This document shows positions 30,301-38,460 of a stretch of DNA of 64,000 nt, piece by piece. This DNA comes from Christensenellales bacterium (lineage in GTDB: Bacteria; Bacillota; Clostridia; Christensenellales; MGBC116941), in contig JBMNTP010000002.1 of assembly GCA_050945795.1 (NCBI GenBank), positions 22,188 to 86,187 of the forward strand, in the 5' to 3' direction. Within the stretch, counting starts at the first letter, position 1, and each line of letters starts with the position of its first letter. A program made the translations under genes and the position numbers. The notes beneath the pieces were generated by a model that ran no database searches, was not told where the DNA came from, and saw nothing but the letters and a program-made list of their open reading frames with translations.

Positions 30301-33300
30301 TCCGTCATGTTAAAGCCGCGCGTCACCATATGCAGCTCCTCGCCGCTCATAACGCCTACGTCTTTTATAAGCGCGCCGGGATTTTCGCAAAGGTGCTTTA
30401 TAAGCTCCTTCATATGCGAAGCCATACGCCGCGCGGTAGAACGCTTGAAAAGCGACGAGTTGTATTCAAATAGGCATTCCATGCCGTCCCCGTCGTAAAC
30501 CTCAAGAGTAATATCAAGCTTGGCTACGCCGGGGTCAAACGGCAGCAGCCGCCCTTTCTGCCCCGATAGCACAACCGGCCTTTGCGTTCCGGTTTGGAAT
30601 ACCAGCATGGTATCATAAAGTGGGTTTCTGTTGACCTCTCTTTGTATGTTAAGATCGCCTACCAGCATATCAAGCGGATAATCGGCGTTATCATACGCCA
30701 CGACGCAATTATCCTTAACCTCCTCAAGGAAGTCGGAAAAGCTTTTGTTCGCCTCCGGCCTGTTCCTTAAAGGCAACGTGTTTAGGAATATGCCCGCCAC
30801 ATCCTTAAGCTCATACCTGTTTCTGCCGGATACCGGCGCGCCAATAATAATGTCATGCTGTCCGGTGTACTTTTTAAGGAAGATATTATAAGCCGCCAGC
30901 ATAAACATAAACGGCGTAGCTCCGGCTGCCGCTGCTATGCTTTTAAGCTGCCTTGACAGCTCCGGCTCAATTGTAAAGTTGCATCTCGCTCCGGTATATT
31001 TCATGCGCGCGCCGCGCGGCTTGTCCGTTTTAAGGTTTAGCAGCGGCAATTCTCCGCTAAGTTCCGACATCCAAAAGCCCTTTTGCTTAGCAATTTCCTT
31101 GGACGCCATGCGTTTGTTTTCATAAACGGCGTAATCCTTATATTCTATTTCAAAAGCCGCCCCTGGCCTGCCGCCCAGCGTCCGCTCCAGCTCCTCAAGT
31201 ATAATTTCGGATGTGCGCATGTCCCCGATTATATGGTGCATATCAACAAACAGCACATCTCCGGTAGCTCCGCGTATTATACCCGCGCGTATAAGCGGCG
31301 CACTGCCCAGATCAAACGGCTGCACCAGGCTTTTAAGCAAGCTTTTTATGCGCCGCCCGTCCTGCTCAATTATATCGAGCTTAAACGCCGCCCTCGCCAT
31401 AACCCGCTGCCTAAGCTCGCCGCGCCTTATCTCAAACACCGTTCTAAACGCTTCTCTAGACTCTATAAGCTTTTTAAACGCCTTTTCAAGCTCACCTTTA
31501 GGCAATCGAGATTTAAACTCAAAAGCCATAGGCATGTTATAAGCAAGCGATGACGCATCGCTCATAGCCATTACATACATGCGTTTTTGCGCCGACGATA
31601 CCGGGTAGTCGCGCATTTTAGGCGCCGGCTCGATAGGCGCATAACTGCCGCGCACAGCGGCATCTATAAGCGAAGCGGCGTTTTTTAGCGAAGCGTCAAG
31701 GTATAATTCTTCAAGCGACACTTCCGCGCCGTATTTCTTTCTCACCTGCGATAGCATTGTAATAACCGAAAGCGAGTTGCCGCCTATATCAAAGAACGAA
31801 TCATCCCGCCCTATATTTTTAGCGCCCAGCACCTCGCTCCAAATCTGCGCCAACTCTTTTTCCGTTGTAGTTTTCGGCGCCACAATCTCAGCTGCCGCAT
31901 CGCCAATTTTATGCATAGGATCGGGCAGCCGCCTTTTATCCACCTTGCCGCTGTTGTTCAGCGGCAGTTCATCAAGGAAAACCACATGCGATGGCACCAT
32001 ATAAGAAGGCAGCTCTTTTGAAAGCTCCCGCTTTATATCCGCCGCCGTCAGCTCCGTCTCCCCCACTATATATGCGCCAAGATATTTTTGTCCGCTATTA
32101 TCTATCCTATCGGCAACAGCGCAGGCGAAAACTCCGCTTATCCGCTGAAGCTTTTCCTCTATCTCGCCCAGCTCCACCCGATACCCGCGTATCTTTACCT
32201 GCTGATCCATCCTGCCTAGAAACTCTATCTCGCCCCTTGGATACCACCTCGCCATATCGCCGGTGCGATACAGCATCTCCCCTTTAGCAAACGGATTTTG
32301 CACAAATCTCTCGGCGGTAAGCTCGGGATTGTTTATATACCCCCTCGCAAGACCAAGGCCACCTATATAAAGCTCTCCGTAAACGCCTATAGGCACCGGA
32401 TTCATATGGCTATCGAGTATATAAGCTTTAACGTTTTTAAGCGGCCGCCCTATATTTACCTCTGACGCTTCCGTAACGTCTTTGCAGGTCGCGGCAATCG
32501 TTATCTCTGTCGGCCCGTAATAATTATATATACGCGCGTTTGTCCTGGCCTGTATGCGCTTTAATAGCGATAACAGCAGCACATCTCCGCCGCTTATAAT
32601 ATCCGTCATATCCCTAAGACAGGTATCAGAACCGGGGTCTGAAAGCAGCATCTCCATTCTGCCCGGTGTAAGCACCATTATGGTAACGCCTTCTTTTGAT
32701 ATAAGGCTAACCATGTTCTTAGGTATATTCACCTCATGCTCCATCGCCATAACAACGGTGCCGCCTAGCGCCAGAGGGCAATATATCTCCATAATGCTTA
32801 TATCAAACGATATTGAGGAAGCGCAAAGCATACGCGCGCCGGGTCCATAGCTGTGCAGCGCCGCGGTGGCGAATATGTAGTGCGTGAGCGTGTTATGCTC
32901 TATCATAACCCCCTTTGGCCGTCCTGTTGACCCGGAAGTATATATTATATAAGCAATATCGCCCGGTTCCGGCATACGCGCTTTAAAATCGACGACAGGC
33001 AATATATCCGCCGCCGAAATTATAGGCACATCACTAAGCGCCGCCGCCCGCTCCGCAAGACCATCTGAAACGATAACCGCCTTCGCCCCGCTGTCGCTGA
33101 GCATATACGCTATCCTTTCATCCGGCAAATCGGGATCGAGCGGCACAAACGCCGCCCCCGCTTTTACCGCCCCCATCTCGCCGGTAATAACATCGGCGTT
33201 TCTATAAGTCATAACGCCAACAGCGTCGTCCCTGCCTATTCCTAACTTTAGCAGCTTCGCGGCAGCTCCGGCCGCCAGCTCGTCCGCCTCCTTATAGCTA

Positions 33301-34781
33301 AGCGTTTTACCCGCGCATACAAAAGCTGCGGCGTCCGGCTGCTTCTCCACCCATTCGTTCCACAAATCGGCTATTGTGCTTTGTTTTGGGAACTCCATGC
33401 CGGTGTCGTTGAAGGTCGAGAGTATGCGTTGCCGCTCCTCGCTAGTAAGTATGTTTATAGAGTGCAGCGGCTGCGATGCATGCTTAAATACCGCCTCGAA
33501 TATGGCGAGAAGATGCATGTGTATGTATTCTATTTCCTTTAGCGAATACATGGGTATAAGATGATCGTAATCTATTAAAAGCTTACCGGAATCGTCCCTA
33601 TCGTGTATGTGTATGTTAAGCGAAGTGGCCTGATAGCCGGTAAAATGCCAACGCCCCTCATATGAAAAAAGGTCTGATTTTCTTTCAAATTTGGCGTTTT
33701 GATATGATAGCGTGATGTCGTAAAGCGAGTCGAGCTCTTTATTCGTCTTTCTAAGCTCTTGTAAAAGCATATCGTATGGATATTTTTGATGCTTTAAAAC
33801 GGAAAACCATTCGTTAGCCGCTTTTTGAGCAAAGCCGCTGAACGTCAGCTCGTCATCAATGTTTATCCTTACCGGCACAGTGCTTACAAACATTCCGAAA
33901 GCCTGCCTCATGCTGCGACTGGTGCGGTTGTAAACCGGTGTGCTTATAATAAGGTCTTTTTTGTTTGTTATCCTGCTTATGTAAATGCTTAGTGCCGACA
34001 AAAAGAACGCAAATACCGACACGTCGAATCTAGCGCAGTAATCACGCACTTTTTGCGATAGCTCGCTGCTAAGCACATATGTTTTTCTTCTCGCCCTTGT
34101 TCCCTGCTTGCGTGGCTTTTGCTTAAGTACCGTCGGCTCCGGCAAACTGCCAAACCTCGATAGCCAAAAGCTCCTGTCCCTTTCAAACCGCTTCGAGCAA
34201 AGGTATTCCTGCTCGGCGTTTACAAAATCTATATAGCTGCCGCTAAAAACGCTGTCCGGCTCCTCATCTTTTAGCAAAAGCCCGTATGTTTCAAGCACTT
34301 TGCTTGAAAAAGTAACCATAGAAAGCGCATCTGATATAATATGGTGTATTTTTGCGTACATGCCGCCTTCTTGCTCACCTAGCCGAAAAACGGCGAAATA
34401 GCAGAGGTTTGAATCGATTAATGTAAGCGGCGTCTGGCTTTGGAGCGTATCCCATGCGTAAAGCGCCTGCTCGCCTTCGGCGCTAAAATCCAGCGTATCG
34501 ATATTTCCAGGCATTTCATCTGAAACATACTGATATGCGACGCCGTCTTCCTCGCCCACTCTAAGGCGTATCGAGTCGTTGTCCCTTACATACATGCGTA
34601 TAGCTTTTTTGAGCAACTCAAGGTCTATGCGGCCTTTTATTTTGAGCGTACCCGCATTGCTCCACATCGCGGTTCCCGGAAACCTTTTTTCGCTGTACCA
34701 TACCCTCTGCTGAGGATGCGTCAAAGGATACTTAATCTTGTCCTTTTTCAATGCCCTTCCCCCATCTTCTGTATAAATCAA
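27372..34781 (-). CDS. bimodular non-ribosomal peptide synthetase, C-A-T-C-A-T-R (terminal reductase)
   Basis: C1 HHIISDA; A1 YTSGSTGRPKG, YGPTE, YRTGD, NNSGKVDK; T1 FFDIGGNSL; C2 HHIIGDM; A2 YTSGSTGTPKG, YGPSE, TLNGKVDR; T2 FFSLGGDSL; R TGATGYAG and YVRTK. The true start may be TTG 34751. Confidence 0.96.
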   Translation of the reverse strand: MIYTEDGGRALKKDKIKYPLTHPQQRVWYSEKRFPGTAMWSNAGTLKIKGRIDLELLKKAIRMYVRDNDSIRLRVGEEDGVAYQYVSDEMPGNIDTLDFSAEGEQALYAWDTLQSQTPLTLIDSNLCYFAVFRLGEQEGGMYAKIHHIISDALSMVTFSSKVLETYGLLLKDEEPDSVFSGSYIDFVNAEQEYLCSKRFERDRSFWLSRFGSLPEPTVLKQKPRKQGTRARRKTYVLSSELSQKVRDYCARFDVSVFAFFLSALSIYISRITNKKDLIISTPVYNRTSRSMRQAFGMFVSTVPVRINIDDELTFSGFAQKAANEWFSVLKHQKYPYDMLLQELRKTNKELDSLYDITLSYQNAKFERKSDLFSYEGRWHFTGYQATSLNIHIHDRDDSGKLLIDYDHLIPMYSLKEIEYIHMHLLAIFEAVFKHASQPLHSINILTSEERQRILSTFNDTGMEFPKQSTIADLWNEWVEKQPDAAAFVCAGKTLSYKEADELAAGAAAKLLKLGIGRDDAVGVMTYRNADVITGEMGAVKAGAAFVPLDPDLPDERIAYMLSDSGAKAVIVSDGLAERAAALSDVPIISAADILPVVDFKARMPEPGDIAYIIYTSGSTGRPKGVMIEHNTLTHYIFATAALHSYGPGARMLCASSISFDISIMEIYCPLALGGTVVMAMEHEVNIPKNMVSLISKEGVTIMVLTPGRMEMLLSDPGSDTCLRDMTDIISGGDVLLLSLLKRIQARTNARIYNYYGPTEITIAATCKDVTEASEVNIGRPLKNVKAYILDSHMNPVPIGVYGELYIGGLGLARGYINNPELTAERFVQNPFAKGEMLYRTGDMARWYPRGEIEFLGRMDQQVKIRGYRVELGEIEEKLQRISGVFACAVADRIDNSGQKYLGAYIVGETELTAADIKRELSKELPSYMVPSHVVFLDELPLNNSGKVDKRRLPDPMHKIGDAAAEIVAPKTTTEKELAQIWSEVLGAKNIGRDDSFFDIGGNSLSVITMLSQVRKKYGAEVSLEELYLDASLKNAASLIDAAVRGSYAPIEPAPKMRDYPVSSAQKRMYVMAMSDASSLAYNMPMAFEFKSRLPKGELEKAFKKLIESREAFRTVFEIRRGELRQRVMARAAFKLDIIEQDGRRIKSLLKSLVQPFDLGSAPLIRAGIIRGATGDVLFVDMHHIIGDMRTSEIILEELERTLGGRPGAAFEIEYKDYAVYENKRMASKEIAKQKGFWMSELSGELPLLNLKTDKPRGARMKYTGARCNFTIEPELSRQLKSIAAAAGATPFMFMLAAYNIFLKKYTGQHDIIIGAPVSGRNRYELKDVAGIFLNTLPLRNRPEANKSFSDFLEEVKDNCVVAYDNADYPLDMLVGDLNIQREVNRNPLYDTMLVFQTGTQRPVVLSGQKGRLLPFDPGVAKLDITLEVYDGDGMECLFEYNSSLFKRSTARRMASHMKELIKHLCENPGALIKDVGVMSGEELHMVTRGFNMTDAPLPDGSIQGALEELARRIPDKKALVVDDKSITFGQLNDRANQIALRLKEDGVSRNTVVALHISRSFDMMAALMGILKAGGGYLPLDPAYPDDRVAFMLKDSGATHIITDCDIDFEFDGAVIYTKDISTAGRVENPEHINEPQDAAYIIYTSGSTGTPKGVVLPRIALYNLYEATKSTIAFDPDEISVSVTTVSFDIFVIDAIMPMLFGCTVVICTEEELRQPVLLAGLIEREGVAFIQTTPTRMRLMMEDKAFRKAAGGNIKKIVLGGEEFPSSLLALLKKHTSARIISGYGPSETTVYCTFKDLSATRHITIGKPIINTRMYILDADMNPTPIGVPGEAYIGGHCVGTGYIGRNELNKKSFLPAPFFPGGVMYKSGDICAFMENGEMEIMGRADNQIKIRGLRIELGEIEAAMREFPGIDEAVVKDFGSGMNKYLCGYFASKQAVDKDELRKKLGERLPNYMVPQYLLQLEAMPLTLNGKVDRKALPEPDKKAQPEAAVKASGMSAAEKKMARIWSRVLGVSGIRPDDNFFSLGGDSLAVIKVQAAIIQFGWSIRTQDFYSLGTLRKICSRIDMKEEAKAAGGAKGTPALRVSVVPSDEPLMPVRLETVLLTGATGYAGAYILRQLRKEYGSKVYCIVRAEDNDAARKRLFDTVRYYFAMEAEGILAGTEVLKGDVSRHRIGLSRRDYEKAAVVDTVVHCAAITSHIGRPEDFDRVNVEGTRQAVRLAKQAGAVLLHLSTISVTGTHFEGDAQKHGELSERDYFIGQNYTDNEYVRTKFIAEGIVLEAIEKGLDARIYRIGNLTGRTGDGKFQREPEKNAFAQRIKALISIGAIPQSMEGQQLELAPVDASAEAVLALAAAKGMKERVYHLDNPNVVTAGWLAKTLSRMDRAIEVKPDAEFTEIVLSMSRSGKYDSLAGLLVDVSQGEQRIALSSDITSECLKGIVFKWPVIDEKYIEGYVSDIFAYDKEVSI

Positions 34782-35440
34782 ACTGAATTAGTATTGAGAA
34801 GTTCAGAAAACAAAACCTTTCTTAGTTCCGGTTCTTCCTCCGTCTTATAACAAACTGCCGCGGCATACCCCGGCAAATCGAAGGTGGCAAACCGCGCCCC
34901 CTCAATATTCGATGCCTTGTATCCGCCCTTAGTATTAAGCTCAAAACTCAGCTTCGTCAAAGGATATGAAATGCCGGTGCCTATAAACTTTACATAGCTT
35001 TCCTTAAGCGCCCAGATGGCGCAAAAATGCCGCTTATCGTAACCCGATGCCTTATACGCCCCAAACTCGGCTTTAGACATAATCCTCTTCGCGACCTCCG
35101 GCCTTACCTCATGCACTCTCTCTATATCCGCCCCCACCTCCGCCTTATCAACGGCGCAAACGGCAGCGCCGCCGCTATGGCTAAGGTTAAAGAATATGCC
35201 GCCGCTTATATACGGCTTGCCCCGCTCGGAAAAAATGAAATCCTCAGGGCCTACACTTATGCCGGCATAGTCATTAAGCGCGAATTTAACCAGCCTGTCC
35301 GACACCAGCAGCGAAATAATATGCTCTTCCTTTTTAAACCGCTGCGCCCTTTGCCTTTTCGTCTCATAAAGTTCGCCAAGCCAACGCTCTTTTATAGCAG
35401 GCGGAATTTCAGCCGGCATATCAATATAATAAACCCTCAT
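34778..35440 (-). CDS. Sfp-type 4'-phosphopantetheinyl transferase
   Basis: RGKPY, FNLSHSG, VGADIE, WALKESYVK..G.G; overlaps the NRPS start. Confidence 0.93.
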   Translation of the reverse strand: MRVYYIDMPAEIPPAIKERWLGELYETKRQRAQRFKKEEHIISLLVSDRLVKFALNDYAGISVGPEDFIFSERGKPYISGGIFFNLSHSGGAAVCAVDKAEVGADIERVHEVRPEVAKRIMSKAEFGAYKASGYDKRHFCAIWALKESYVKFIGTGISYPLTKLSFELNTKGGYKASNIEGARFATFDLPGYAAAVCYKTEEEPELRKVLFSELLNTNSV

Positions 35441-35787
35441 GCTGCTTCCCCCGCGCTCGCCATTTTTTTACGCATACAAACGCCGGTATATCCACGCGCG
35501 CTATCCGCCAATTTTATACTTGCCCTGTTTAAATAAGAAAGCGCACTAAAATAGCTGTCCTTGCCTATAATAAACGCTATGTTCTTTTCGTCCATGATAA
35601 TATCGATAAGAAAATCGTAAGCGGCGCGCGAAACCCTTTTCATAAATCCGGAAAAATGCACATTATACCCGGCCTTAACCGGTGATTTAATGTAATCGCT
35701 TTTACCGGCAGACACCACCGCTCCGCCTATCACCGTATGCTTTAAATCGCTACTTCTCACAATTTTATATAGTGAATAATTACGCAA
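35437..35787 (-). CDS. hypothetical protein (116 aa) coupled to the PPTase
   Basis: Stop overlaps the PPTase ATG (ATGA); TTG start overlaps the upstream ORF stop; no recognised domain. Confidence 0.5.
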   Translation of the reverse strand: MRNYSLYKIVRSSDLKHTVIGGAVVSAGKSDYIKSPVKAGYNVHFSGFMKRVSRAAYDFLIDIIMDEKNIAFIIGKDSYFSALSYLNRASIKLADSARGYTGVCMRKKMASAGEAA

Positions 35788-35962
35788 TGTTCATACTTCC
35801 CATCACGAAATTTCTAAAATTAACTACATTTAACATAATACCATCTTTTTCGCGCCCTATCAATGAAAACAGCGTATCCGCCGCCGCAAAATCATACCCG
35901 CCAGCACCTAAAACCATCGCCATTATATGCACAAGGAATCTATATTTATTTATGGCCGTCAT
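35780..35962 (-). CDS. small hypothetical protein (60 aa), first ORF of the NRPS operon
   Basis: GGAGG upstream of ATG 35962 (MTAINKYRFL...); stop overlaps the next start. Confidence 0.4.
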   Translation of the reverse strand: MTAINKYRFLVHIMAMVLGAGGYDFAAADTLFSLIGREKDGIMLNVVNFRNFVMGSMNIA

Positions 35963-36035
35963 ATTCCCGCTAAACCTCCGAATATGGTGAATTTGGCAGG
36001 CAATCAACATACTATCGTTTATCATCTGCATATTA

Positions 36036-36057
36036 TTAAGTGCTTTTTAAGTACTTT
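36036..36057. promoter_or_regulatory. tandem 11-bp direct repeat in the divergent NRPS/ABC promoter region
   Basis: TTAAGTGCTTT TTAAGTACTTT (10/11 identical); an extended -10 TGATATAAT for the ABC genes lies at about 36090-36098. Confidence 0.5.
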
Positions 36058-36130
36058 CTATGGCAAAATCCTTCTCGGACTGTTTCCGTATGATATAATT
36101 ATCTCATATTTTTTAGGGAGAATTGATAAT

Positions 36131-36835
36131 ATGCTTACAGTTGAGAATGTGACTAAAAAATACGGCAAAACACTAGCAAACGACAGCCTGAGTTTTAGCG
36201 TTAAGTCGGGTCAGGCGGCTATACTCCTTGGCCCTAACGGAGCCGGCAAATCAACAATTATAAAATGCATAGCCGGCCTGCTGCGGTTTTCCGGCCTTAT
36301 AAGCATTGAAGGACATCAAAATACATCTATAGACGCCAAGCGTGTTTTAGGGTATGTGCCGGAGATGCCCGCCGTATATGACCTTCTAACAGTATCAGAG
36401 CATATAGAGTTTATAAACAGAGCATATCGCGTTAGCGATTACAAGTACGGCGAAGAGCTGCTTGAGCGCTTTGAAATGGCCGACAAAAAATCTAAACTTG
36501 GCAAAGAGCTGTCAAAAGGCATGCAGCAAAAGCTTTCGATATGCTGCGCTCTTTCGCATAAGCCGTCGGTTATAGTGCTCGATGAGCCGCTTGTCGGCCT
36601 CGACCCTCACGCTATAAAAGAGCTTAAGCTTATTATAACCGAGCTTAAACAGCAGGGCGCCGCGCTGCTTATAAGCACGCATATGCTCGATAGCGTTGAG
36701 GACTACTGGGACGTCGCCCATATAATGATGCATGGCAAAATAGCCGCCACCAGCATAAACCCCGGCGGCGAAGCCGGAGCCAAATCGCTTGAGGAGCTGT
36801 TTTTTAGCATAACAGAAAGCGGAGGTGGCAAATAA
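36131..36835 (+). CDS. ABC transporter ATP-binding protein (exporter type)
   Basis: GPNGAGKST, LSKGMQQK, LDEPLVGLD, ISTH. ATG 36131 follows GGGAG. Confidence 0.93.
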   Translation: MLTVENVTKKYGKTLANDSLSFSVKSGQAAILLGPNGAGKSTIIKCIAGLLRFSGLISIEGHQNTSIDAKRVLGYVPEMPAVYDLLTVSEHIEFINRAYRVSDYKYGEELLERFEMADKKSKLGKELSKGMQQKLSICCALSHKPSVIVLDEPLVGLDPHAIKELKLIITELKQQGAALLISTHMLDSVEDYWDVAHIMMHGKIAATSINPGGEAGAKSLEELFFSITESGGGK

Positions 36836-38412
36836 TGAGCGCCGCCTTAACTTACGTTCTTGCCGCGCGGCTTAAAAACAACATAAAAGGCTTGCTAAAA
36901 AGCCCCGGTAAACTGACTTACGCCTTAATACTCATTGCCGTTCTGGTATTGTCGGCGACTACTCAGAATATGGACGGCGCAGCGCATGGCGATTACCGCG
37001 ATATACGCGAACTTTACGCCATCGCCCTTGCCCTCTATACTATTATGTTCGTGCTTATATCGCATAACGGCTTTCAGCGCGGAGCCAGCATGTTCTCGCT
37101 GCCCGATGTAAACCTAGTGTTCACATCGCCTATAAGTCCGGCAAAGGTTTTGTTTTACGGCCTTTTCCAGCAGCTTGGCTCATCGATTATAATTGGTTTT
37201 TTTATATTCTTCCAATACGGCTGGATAAGCTCGATATACGGTGCCGGCTTTGAAGTGTTGCTCGCTATATTCGCCGCTTACGCTGTAACCGTTTTCCTCG
37301 CCCAGCTTACCGCCATGGCGATATATTCTTTTACAAACTCCAACTTCAAAAGGCTAAGAGTGATAAAAACGATCTTTTACGGCATAGTCATAGCATACGC
37401 CGCCGCGGCACTGCTGTTTTTAGCCGGCGATTATTCAAACCTGCTCCCCCGCGCCTTAGAAGCGGCTACAAGTCTGCCGGCGATGCTTTTCCCGGTATCA
37501 GGCTGGGCGGCGTCAGGTGTTTACGGCCTTTTAACCGGCAGTACTTTAACCTCGCTTTTGGGCCTCGCGCTTTGCGTGGCTTATACTGCGGCCATAGTAA
37601 TTCTTATTATAAAAACAAAGCAGGATTATTATGAAGACGTTCTTTCCGCCGCCGAAACATCGTTTTCGGCGCTTGAGGCAAAGAAAAGCGGTAATCTTAG
37701 CGAGGCGTCTATTCGTGGCGTGCGTACCGGCAAAATAGGCATAGGCAACGGCGAAGGCGCAGATGCTTTCTATTATAAGCACATTGTTGAGAACAGGCGA
37801 TCGCGAGTGTTCATACTAAGCGGCTCCTCGCTTATATTCGCCGTATGCATAATAATATATGCCTACTTCACTAAAAGCATGGGGCTTATACCTATAATCG
37901 CGTTTAGCACTTATATGCAGTTTTTCTCAGTCGCCATGGGAAGGCTGTCAAAAGAACTTATGAAGCCTTATATATACCTTGTCCCCGCCTCTCCTTATAA
38001 AAAGCTTGTAGCTTCCATAAAGGAAAGCTTTTCGGGCTTTGTAGTCGAAGCGGTGATTGTATTTTTGCCTATATCCTTCATACTTAATTTGCCGCCTCTT
38101 CTAACGCTATTGTGCATAGCTGTGCGGATATCCTTCGCTATGCTGTTTACAGCCGTTAATATACTGGTTCAGCGGGTATTTGGTTCATCGCCTATGAAAA
38201 CGCTGATATTCCTTTTCTACTTCCTTGCCTTTATATTGATGTGCGCACCGGGCGTTATAGCCGCTATATTGCTTATATCAAACGGCTTTGTAATAGTATC
38301 TGAAGATGTGACGATGCTCATCTCTCTTATAGCTTTAAACATACCTGTTTCACTTCTGGTTTTCTACCTTTGCAGAAATATGCTTAAGTATTCGGAGCTT
38401 AATTCGAGATAA
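36835..38412 (+). CDS. putative ABC exporter permease
   Basis: 525 aa with two blocks of TM helices and a YYED motif; TAATG coupling to the ATPase. Confidence 0.85.
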   Translation: MSAALTYVLAARLKNNIKGLLKSPGKLTYALILIAVLVLSATTQNMDGAAHGDYRDIRELYAIALALYTIMFVLISHNGFQRGASMFSLPDVNLVFTSPISPAKVLFYGLFQQLGSSIIIGFFIFFQYGWISSIYGAGFEVLLAIFAAYAVTVFLAQLTAMAIYSFTNSNFKRLRVIKTIFYGIVIAYAAAALLFLAGDYSNLLPRALEAATSLPAMLFPVSGWAASGVYGLLTGSTLTSLLGLALCVAYTAAIVILIIKTKQDYYEDVLSAAETSFSALEAKKSGNLSEASIRGVRTGKIGIGNGEGADAFYYKHIVENRRSRVFILSGSSLIFAVCIIIYAYFTKSMGLIPIIAFSTYMQFFSVAMGRLSKELMKPYIYLVPASPYKKLVASIKESFSGFVVEAVIVFLPISFILNLPPLLTLLCIAVRISFAMLFTAVNILVQRVFGSSPMKTLIFLFYFLAFILMCAPGVIAAILLISNGFVIVSEDVTMLISLIALNIPVSLLVFYLCRNMLKYSELNSR

Positions 38413-38460
38413 CTTTTAAAAGCTTATATTCCGGCGGGGCGATATAATTGCGCTCCTCCT

